The position numbers were made by a program, and so were the translations under genes. Below the pieces are notes generated by a model, which had not been told where the DNA came from, did no database searches, and saw nothing but the letters and a program-made list of their open reading frames with translations. Shown here piece by piece: positions 9,835-17,165 of a DNA stretch of 32,000 nt. This stretch comes from Candidatus Iainarchaeum sp. (GTDB lineage Archaea; Iainarchaeota; Iainarchaeia; Iainarchaeales; 0-14-0-20-34-12). The stretch is taken from NCBI GenBank assembly GCA_030649345.1, contig JAUSKK010000018.1, forward strand, positions 1 through 32,000, read 5' to 3'. The first letter of the stretch is position 1, and each line of letters begins with the position of its first letter.

Positions 9835-10524
9835 ATGAAGCAACAACTTAAAATTCAAGACACTTTTAGAAGATCTGATTCAGAAGATTCTATAGGTGCA
9901 ATTGAAGCAGCAATCTTGCTTAAACCATATCTTCCTGAAAATCAATCAGTTCTTGAAGTTGGCTGCGGGTACGGTTATTTCATAGACAAATTGTTTCAAA
10001 AACATAATCAAGTTACTGCGATTGACATTTCAGATAATGCGATAGCGCATTGCCAAAAATTTTTTTCAGGAAAAGCAAAATTTACCAAAACGGATATAAA
10101 TAATTTTAATTCAGATACCCTATTTGATTGTGCTCTTTTGGTAAATGTGTTGGATCAGATCCCGGATGATCTGGCAGCTCTTCGGAAAATAAATAGTCTC
10201 TTGTGTTCAGATGGAATTTTGCTTTTGGTCACACCCATTACTGAGAAAAGGTATATTCAAGCATCGATTCACAGGTACGCTGAAGAAAAGTTAATTGAAA
10301 AAGTGTCAGCAGCTGGTTTTCGGATTAAAAAAAAAGTAATTCAGGGCGGGGTGCTGAGTTTTTTTGCTGGTCGGCTGTCTAAAAGGATTTATTTTTCCAA
10401 GAAAATCTTGGCGCTTGTACGGAAGCTGCCTTTTTATCGTGCTATTGTCCGGCTTGATGCAAAAGTAGGATTAAAAAAAGACATTATTTTGCTTGTTTGT
10501 GAAAAAAAAGCCAAAACCCTATAA
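9835..10524 (+). CDS. Class I SAM-dependent methyltransferase
   Basis: VLEVGCGYGYF (motif I), AIDISDNAI, DCALLVNVLDQIPDD and DGILLLVTP. I prefer the ATG at 9835 over the TTG at 9826. Confidence 0.8.
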   Translation: MKQQLKIQDTFRRSDSEDSIGAIEAAILLKPYLPENQSVLEVGCGYGYFIDKLFQKHNQVTAIDISDNAIAHCQKFFSGKAKFTKTDINNFNSDTLFDCALLVNVLDQIPDDLAALRKINSLLCSDGILLLVTPITEKRYIQASIHRYAEEKLIEKVSAAGFRIKKKVIQGGVLSFFAGRLSKRIYFSKKILALVRKLPFYRAIVRLDAKVGLKKDIILLVCEKKAKTL

Positions 10525-11425
10525 TAATTACTGCCCAAGAATAATTCAAAGCTAAGGTCAGTAATTCGGTTGCAAGTGCTGTTTCTGGTTGAATAGAAAC
10601 TAGTAATGCAAGGTAAATATAGGTTGCTTCAACAATTCCTAAGCCGGAAAGGGTTACTGGTGCAAGTGCAACTATTGCAGCAATTGCAATTATGAATCCC
10701 ATGTACAGTGGATTAATGCTGTTGTTCAGTGCCAAAAAAAGTATTGATCCATTTATGGACATTACGATGAGTTTTAGAATGGTGATGGCTCCATTTTTTG
10801 CAAGTAAATTCTTATGGGCTGAAAAATAATCCATGAATGTATTGCGGAATTCCACAAAATGAGCTTCATTTTTTGTAATGAAATTTTTCACAAAACGTAT
10901 TTTTCCAACCAATGGAACTTGTGTAAGAGTTACCGTCCTAAAAAATATCAAAAAGATGCAGGCTCCAAAAAATAGTGCTGTGCAGAAAAAAAGAAGCGGT
11001 ATATTATTGAAGCCAAAAAACCAGAGAGTGCCAACTATGGACACAACTGAGAAAAGCACTAGAGTGATGAACTTATCCAGGAAAATCACTGCAACTGTTT
11101 TTGTGTAAGGCAAACCGTCTTTTTTCAGATAGTATGCTGTTGAGAATTCCCCTATTTTTCCAATGGATGTAAGTCCTGCGACCCATCCGAAACAATAATA
11201 CTTCAATAGTTTTCTGAAGCTGATGGATGGCCTATTTTCCATAAGGATCCATATATTTAATGCACTTAATGTGATTTGGATTGTAATCAATAGCATGGAG
11301 ATAAATAAAAAGAACGGATTTGCAGTTAAAACCAAAGAGATTGTTTTTTCGATGTTCACAAATTGGAGCAAAGTCCAAATTATAAGCAAGCTTAGAATTC
11401 CTTTTGCAAGCAATTTGTAGTTCAT
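10484..11425 (-). CDS. Second UPF0104 / LPG-synthase-TM-like 'flippase-like' membrane protein
   Basis: Multi-pass hydrophobic protein with GLTSIGKIGEFSTAYYLKK, equivalent to the PGRVGDFSRAVY loop of the 2937-3917 paralog. Its 3' end overlaps the convergent methyltransferase by 41 nt. Confidence 0.7.
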   Translation of the reverse strand: MNYKLLAKGILSLLIIWTLLQFVNIEKTISLVLTANPFFLFISMLLITIQITLSALNIWILMENRPSISFRKLLKYYCFGWVAGLTSIGKIGEFSTAYYLKKDGLPYTKTVAVIFLDKFITLVLFSVVSIVGTLWFFGFNNIPLLFFCTALFFGACIFLIFFRTVTLTQVPLVGKIRFVKNFITKNEAHFVEFRNTFMDYFSAHKNLLAKNGAITILKLIVMSINGSILFLALNNSINPLYMGFIIAIAAIVALAPVTLSGLGIVEATYIYLALLVSIQPETALATELLTLALNYSWAVIIIGFWLFFHKQAK

Positions 11426-11623
11426 TTTTATCTTTCCTATTATTGCTCTAAGTTTTAATGTGGATGTGCTCCAGTTTTATTGTTGTACTATTTTGAAGCA
11501 CAAGCAATTGCAGTACTATATTGAGTACAGCCCTGCATCATGCTAAAAACATATTGCATAATTTCTAAATGTTACTAGCTAATTTAATTTTGCTGGAAAC
11601 AGCATCATTGCATAGGTTGTTTT

Positions 11624-14542
11624 ATGAATTTCAGTGCATTAAAAGAAATTTTTAAACAAAAATTGAAGTGGCCTGGGCTTATTGAATCAGGGCTGGTTTT
11701 CTTTGTTATTGTATGGGTCTTATTTTTTCTGCTGCAAGATAGTTTTATTTCCTTGTTTGCAAAATTCTTTGACCAGGCCAAACTTGAGTTTGTATTTTCA
11801 ATGACTTTCATTAATCTGCTGATTGTTATTTTTTTGTTTTTAATTATTTTGATTGTCAAACATAAACTAAACTGGCTTAGATTTGAACCGGAGACACGCA
11901 AGTTTGTTTTAATTTTGTTCTTGATTTTGTTTGCTTTTTTTGGTATTGTTTTCTATTCTGATTTTGCTTTTAAACTTCAGATAATAGAACGGAGTCAGGA
12001 TATCAAATGGCATACTTATTTGATGCTGCCGTTAAGTATGGAACATGATCTGTTGACAGTTTTAGAAAATAGTTTATCGGCTTCAGAACTCAGTAAGGTT
12101 CATTCAACATTGCCAGTTTATAATTTTTATATAAAAGATAAATATATTGCAGAATTAAATGCAGATCTTCCGTTTTCAGGAGCTAAAAATGTGAATGGCT
12201 TTTTTCAAGTAAATGACAACAATTATTTTGCAGCAGAATTCAGATATCGCGGGGATAATTATTATCATTGGGGCTCTGTAAACAAGTCTTGGCGTATTAA
12301 ACTAGAAAATCATCAGCTTTTAGATGGTGTAAATAAATTTAATCTAATTAACCCTAAGCATACAAGTCATATGATACTTCCCTTTACATCGTACATCCAA
12401 GAAGCCTTGGGTGTGCTGGGCGCGCGATCGTACTTGAGTGCACTGTACATTAACAATAATTATGCAGGAGTGTATGAATATGTTGATCAGCTGGATGAGT
12501 CATTTCTTCGCTTAAAAAATTTGCTCCCATGTGATATTTATTCAGGAGACAAACCAAGAGACGATCAGGAATGGATTACCCGTGAACAGCAAGGATGGCT
12601 TGTTTTTGATGATTCAGGTCGATGGGAACTGACCGCCACTTTTGACGGAGATGAAAATAGAGCAATGAAAAATATTGATTTTTTTCTTGAAAATGTAAAT
12701 ACTCAAGATGTCAACAGATTTTACGAATTTTTTCAGCAATATCTGGGTGAACCTTACTTGAATTTTTTGGCAGAAAAAACAATCATCAATGATTTTCATA
12801 CGGATGACCGGCATAATCACAAGTTTTATTTTGATCCATCTTCTGGGCAATTTATTCCAATTGCCTGGGATCAAGTTGTGGAAAAAATATCTAATGATTG
12901 GCCTGTGGATATGATGGCCAACCGGATTGACCGGCAAATTTTGCAATTTCCAGAACTTATATTTCGGAAGAACAAACTTATATTTGCGCATTTAAATTCT
13001 TTTACTCTGGCAAATGCATTGGATATTATTGATGGAATGGAACAAAATCTGGTTGAACCCATAAAGTCTGATATTTACAAGGATGTAATGAATTGGCCGT
13101 TAAGCAGGAACATTACTTTTGATGAATGGAAAATTGGTGTTAATGATCTTCGGGAAACAATAAAGTTCAACTATGAATATATCCGTAAAAAATTTGACGA
13201 AGTTGACTTGCAAGTTAGCTTGGTTAATTTAGGCAATAATTTAGGACAGCTTATTGTGGATGTAAATGGAGTAAGTGCAATTCGGATTAAAGATCCATCC
13301 GAAAATTGCCTGCAAGTTCGCCGTAGTTTTATTCCGGAAAGTGAAAAAATCTGTTTAGGGCAAGGTTCTGCCAGTGATCTGTTTTATTCCGGACGTAAGA
13401 TTTCAACTGAAAAAATTATTTTAAACAACCTAGAACGTGACGTAAATGCCATTGGGGTTGTGCCTATGCGGTATGTGTTTGATATTGATTATAAAACTGC
13501 AAAAAGTCAAGTACAGAATCTCAAGTTTTACAATGCCATTACAGATGCCGAGGTGTTTCCGAATTTTGATTTGACAGGTACTGCACAAGAATCTGCGCAA
13601 TATCTTGTATCTGGATTTTCCAAACATCCATGGTTATATGATGATTTTTCAGAGAAAACAGTGGTTTGGACTGGTGAAGTTGTTGTGGAAACAAAACAAG
13701 TGTTCAAAAAAAATGAAGTGCTGAAAATTCAACCAGGCACAAAGATATTGTTGAAAAATGGTGCAGCCATTGTTTCTTTTGGTAAAATAATTGCTTTAGG
13801 AACTCCTGAAGCACCCATTGTGTTTAATGCATTGGATGAAAATTCAGTATGGGGTGCTGTAGCTCTTCAAGGAATGAATTCAAGTTTAGACTTCAACTGG
13901 GTTCATATGTCTGGTGGAAGCGGTATAAGTCATAACTCAGTTAACTATACTGGAATGTTGTCAGTTTACAATGGTTCTGCTCAAATTACCAACAGTTATT
14001 TTGCTGACAACAAAATTACTGATGATATGTTTAATGCGAAAAATGCTGTTATTTCTATAAAAGATTCTGAGTTCAGAAATGCCTTAAGTGATGCTATTGA
14101 TTTGGATATTTCTGACGGTGAAATTATTCGAGTGACTGTCAGCAATACAGGCGGTGATGCAATTGATTTGATGACTAGTTCAGTTCACATTGACGGTGTG
14201 TCTATTATGAATGCTGGAGACAAAGGAATTTCCATTGGAGAAAAAAGCAATCCTATTATTCAAAATACGCTTATTCAAGATTCAAATACTGGCATTGCAA
14301 TTAAGGACAGATCTAATCCCAAAATATCCTCTCTTAGTTTGCGTTCGAATAATAGTGCTATTGCTGCTTATCCGAAAAACTGGCGGTATGGCGGAGGCGG
14401 GCTAGGCGAAATATCTGACAGTGACTTTTGCGAAAATAAATCTGTGTTGTTTATAGAGCCGGATTCTCAGATAATATTTTTAAAGAATGACACCCGAATA
14501 GTATGTATGGACTCTAACTGCAATATTGGGTGTGGTTTATGA
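11624..14542 (+). CDS. Membrane-anchored CotH-family kinase-like protein fused to a right-handed parallel beta-helix domain
   Basis: Three N-terminal hydrophobic segments (aa 19-37, 56-78, 94-111). CotH-like core with NKFNLINPKHTSHM, LYINNNYAGVYEYVDQLDESFL and DDRHNHKFYFDPSSGQFIPIAWDQ. C-terminal PbH1-like repeats (SDAIDL, GGDAIDL, GDKGISIGEKSNP, NTGIAIKDRSNP) and a Cys-rich tail. Confidence 0.8.
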   Translation: MNFSALKEIFKQKLKWPGLIESGLVFFVIVWVLFFLLQDSFISLFAKFFDQAKLEFVFSMTFINLLIVIFLFLIILIVKHKLNWLRFEPETRKFVLILFLILFAFFGIVFYSDFAFKLQIIERSQDIKWHTYLMLPLSMEHDLLTVLENSLSASELSKVHSTLPVYNFYIKDKYIAELNADLPFSGAKNVNGFFQVNDNNYFAAEFRYRGDNYYHWGSVNKSWRIKLENHQLLDGVNKFNLINPKHTSHMILPFTSYIQEALGVLGARSYLSALYINNNYAGVYEYVDQLDESFLRLKNLLPCDIYSGDKPRDDQEWITREQQGWLVFDDSGRWELTATFDGDENRAMKNIDFFLENVNTQDVNRFYEFFQQYLGEPYLNFLAEKTIINDFHTDDRHNHKFYFDPSSGQFIPIAWDQVVEKISNDWPVDMMANRIDRQILQFPELIFRKNKLIFAHLNSFTLANALDIIDGMEQNLVEPIKSDIYKDVMNWPLSRNITFDEWKIGVNDLRETIKFNYEYIRKKFDEVDLQVSLVNLGNNLGQLIVDVNGVSAIRIKDPSENCLQVRRSFIPESEKICLGQGSASDLFYSGRKISTEKIILNNLERDVNAIGVVPMRYVFDIDYKTAKSQVQNLKFYNAITDAEVFPNFDLTGTAQESAQYLVSGFSKHPWLYDDFSEKTVVWTGEVVVETKQVFKKNEVLKIQPGTKILLKNGAAIVSFGKIIALGTPEAPIVFNALDENSVWGAVALQGMNSSLDFNWVHMSGGSGISHNSVNYTGMLSVYNGSAQITNSYFADNKITDDMFNAKNAVISIKDSEFRNALSDAIDLDISDGEIIRVTVSNTGGDAIDLMTSSVHIDGVSIMNAGDKGISIGEKSNPIIQNTLIQDSNTGIAIKDRSNPKISSLSLRSNNSAIAAYPKNWRYGGGGLGEISDSDFCENKSVLFIEPDSQIIFLKNDTRIVCMDSNCNIGCGL

Positions 14543-15267
14543 CTTATACTGACCGTTTAGAAAAAAAATTCTTAATTGATTATGCGTTATATTCCAAAAT
14601 TCTTGCATTTATTGAGCCTTTCATAGAACCAGATCGCTTTGTTGGGGAACAAGGCACTTATCTGGTAAATAGTCTTTATTTTGACACAGTGGATGACAAA
14701 TTTTATTGGGAAAAACTGGATGGTGAACGAGTACGGAAAAAAGTAAGGATTCGTTCTTATCATGACACAAAAACTCTTAAACCTACGCAGACTATTCTTG
14801 AAATTAAAAAAAAGGTTGACTCAAATGTATTTAAAGAAAAAATTTCCATGCCTTTTGACGATGCCTTTAATTTGATAAAGAATCCGCATACTCAGTCCAT
14901 TGCAGCAAAAGTTTCTGCTAAAGAAAAACAAGCAATTGATGACGTACTTTACTTGAATTATAAATATGATATTCGCCCAAGAGTAATGGTCAGTTATGAG
15001 CGAAAGGCTTTTCATGATAAGTATAATTCAAGTACTCGGATAACCTTTGACTTTAATATTAAATACCGCACTGCAGATTTGGAAATCGAAAGCATTGACA
15101 TGGAAAACTATGTGCTTGCACCAAATTTGATAGTTATGGAATTAAAATACAAAAAATTTGTGCCTATTTGGGCTGTATGGATGATTCGAAAATTTAATCT
15201 TTCTCTGACTACTATTTCAAAATATTGTATGGCTGTAAACAAACTTAAGCACCCAGCGGATTTTTGA
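14539..15267 (+). CDS. Stand-alone VTC domain protein (polyphosphate polymerase-like triphosphate tunnel / CYTH-like fold)
   Basis: RLEKKF, YLVNSLYFDT, KVRIRSY, ILEIKKK, VMVSYERKAF, TRITFD, VMELKY and terminal ISKY fit the bacterial VTC-domain pattern. The ATG at 14539 overlaps the CotH TGA (ATGA), so I prefer it over the GTG at 14530. Confidence 0.75.
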   Translation: MTYTDRLEKKFLIDYALYSKILAFIEPFIEPDRFVGEQGTYLVNSLYFDTVDDKFYWEKLDGERVRKKVRIRSYHDTKTLKPTQTILEIKKKVDSNVFKEKISMPFDDAFNLIKNPHTQSIAAKVSAKEKQAIDDVLYLNYKYDIRPRVMVSYERKAFHDKYNSSTRITFDFNIKYRTADLEIESIDMENYVLAPNLIVMELKYKKFVPIWAVWMIRKFNLSLTTISKYCMAVNKLKHPADF

Positions 15268-15427
15268 ATAATTCAAAAGGAATTTTTGGCATTTACGATT
15301 GATTCGCTCAGATTTTTTCTCTGGTAACTAAAAGTGATGTTGTAAAAAATATGCTTTTTTGGTATGAATCAGCGCGTTATTGGAAGGCTTACGTAAGTTT
15401 ATTAATCTTTTGTAGGTAATTTTGGTT

Positions 15428-16117
15428 ATGGCATGGTTTGAGGATCCGATTTCCATTTTTGGATTAACCGATAATGTTTTTACCACTCTGGATATTTTAG
15501 TTGTTTTGGTTTTGACAACCCTGCTGGCCTTAATTGTTGCAAAAACATATCAGCTTACTCATGAAAATGTTTCCTATTCCAAAAGCTTTGTTCAGATCAT
15601 GGTTGTATTTGGTGTTGTGGTCTCTGTTATTATGCTCATTATTGGCAGTAATATTGCAAGGGCATTCACTTTAGTGGGTGCACTTTCCATTGTCCGCTTT
15701 AGAAATGCAATAAAAGAAACAAGGGACGTTGGTTTTATTTTTTTTATGATGGCTGTAGGCATGGCTGTTGGAACAAGATTTTATACATTGGCTGTTATTA
15801 TGACTGTATTCATATCTCTGCTTATCATTGCACTGCAGAAAATGAATTTTGGAAGCTCGATGAAGAATGAGGAAGTACTTAAAGTAGTGATTGCGGCAAA
15901 TTTTTCAGTTGAAGACAAACTTTCAGCGATTTTTTCCACGTATCTATTGAATCACCAGTTTATCAGTACTGAATCTACTGGGAAAAAGGACCTGAATCAA
16001 GTTGTTTTTCTTGTGAAACTTAAAGATAAAAAGAAAAGAAGTGAATTTATTGAAAAAATTCGGGCTATAACAGAACAATCTGTTTACCTTACGGAAACAG
16101 ACTATATGGTGTACTGA
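15428..16117 (+). CDS. DUF4956-family multi-pass membrane protein with a soluble C-terminal domain
   Basis: At least four hydrophobic segments and the family-typical LVGALSIVRFRNAIKETRDVGFIFFMMAVGMAVG block. I prefer the ATG at 15428 over the TTG at 15422. Confidence 0.7.
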   Translation: MAWFEDPISIFGLTDNVFTTLDILVVLVLTTLLALIVAKTYQLTHENVSYSKSFVQIMVVFGVVVSVIMLIIGSNIARAFTLVGALSIVRFRNAIKETRDVGFIFFMMAVGMAVGTRFYTLAVIMTVFISLLIIALQKMNFGSSMKNEEVLKVVIAANFSVEDKLSAIFSTYLLNHQFISTESTGKKDLNQVVFLVKLKDKKKRSEFIEKIRAITEQSVYLTETDYMVY

Positions 16118-16229
16118 TTTTTCAGCTTTTCTTTTTGTTTCATTTGATGAGGGCTATAATTTTTCCTAAGAAATTTTTTGTATCTGCACTGAATACTAAA
16201 ACTAAAATAGGCTGGTTATTTAGAAACAA

Positions 16230-17165
16230 TCAGCTTACTTTAATGGTAATCCAGTAATAAAAAAAATAGAAAGGGAATAACAGATCCCGTATAACTGTTG
16301 TAAAGTTGAAAATTAAAAATTCCTGAATTGAAAACCTTTTGCCCTGCATACTTATAATAAACCGAAAAATAAAAAGTAATATAATCGCAGTAAAAACTCC
16401 AATTATAAAATTTAAAATTAATGCATATGTTATTAAAAATAAAATAGTCCAGGAAAAAAATGATTGTTTCCAAGAACTTTTGCAAAGAAAACCTAAATAG
16501 TGCGAATACAATTTTGGGAATTTTTTATACAAACGTACATCTCCTTTGATCAAAATTATCTCATTCAAAATATTTTTCCACGAAATTTTTCTGGGAGGAT
16601 GATAAACAATTACTGAAGGATCAAATAAAATTTTTCCATTGGCTGAAATTATTTTAAATGCCAGATCCGTATCTTCGCGAAAGAAATGATAGGATTCATC
16701 GAAGCCGTGGATTTTTTCTAGCCATTCTTTTTTTACGGCAAAATTGCATGCTGGAAATTTTCTACCGGTTAAATTCTCCGTTGCATGAAAAAACAATTTC
16801 TGATTGTCTTGGGTTGTCTTTCCTTCAATGCCGGCTATATCTGGATTTTGATTAAATGCGTGAACTAAGTTAGTTAGCCAGTCTTTTTGAGGAATGCAAT
16901 CATCATCTGTAAAAGCAACTATGTTTGTATTGGCGTTTTTCCAGCCAACATTTCTTTTTTGATCCGGCCAAGGTGAATCTATTTCAAAATATTTAATTTG
17001 AGAAGAATTTAGATCTTGAATTACTTTTTTTGTAGTATTTTTATAATAACCAACTACGATGATTTCATACTCTTGTTTTGGAAAATTCTGGTTCAAGAGA
17101 GCCTGCAATGTTTCTTTTAATAAAGTATCCCGATTGTGTGCTGGAATAACAACACTAATTTTCAT
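16230..17165 (-). CDS. GT2 glycosyltransferase with a C-terminal membrane tail
   Basis: ISVVIPAHNRDTLLKETLQALLNQNFPKQEYEIIVV and FTDDDCIPQKDWL, followed by hydrophobic C-terminal segments. The start overlaps the upstream GT-C-like gene by 11 nt. Confidence 0.85.
   Translation of the reverse strand: MKISVVIPAHNRDTLLKETLQALLNQNFPKQEYEIIVVGYYKNTTKKVIQDLNSSQIKYFEIDSPWPDQKRNVGWKNANTNIVAFTDDDCIPQKDWLTNLVHAFNQNPDIAGIEGKTTQDNQKLFFHATENLTGRKFPACNFAVKKEWLEKIHGFDESYHFFREDTDLAFKIISANGKILFDPSVIVYHPPRKISWKNILNEIILIKGDVRLYKKFPKLYSHYLGFLCKSSWKQSFFSWTILFLITYALILNFIIGVFTAIILLFIFRFIISMQGKRFSIQEFLIFNFTTVIRDLLFPFYFFYYWITIKVS

Noticed and set aside
10327-10335. A9 homopolymer in the methyltransferase gene (also A8 at 10502-10509 and 14806-14813) as possible phase-variation tracts
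   Set aside because: Runs of this length are expected by chance at this base composition. All affected frames are intact. Population or read-level length variation would be needed to support the idea.
11493-11522. Sigma70-like TTGAAG-18 nt-TATATT upstream of the CotH gene
   Set aside because: The match is plausible, but such hexamers occur by chance at high frequency in AT-rich intergenic DNA. The domain of life of the host is also unresolved, so I did not report it as a feature.
8108-15015. Short track ORFs 8108-8389, 9442-9654, 10878-11108, 11223-11420, 11605-11901, 12614-12991, 12871-13062, 13430-13627, 14211-14405 and 14821-15015
   Set aside because: All are nested in, or antisense to, longer ORFs with clear family motifs, and none has recognisable features.
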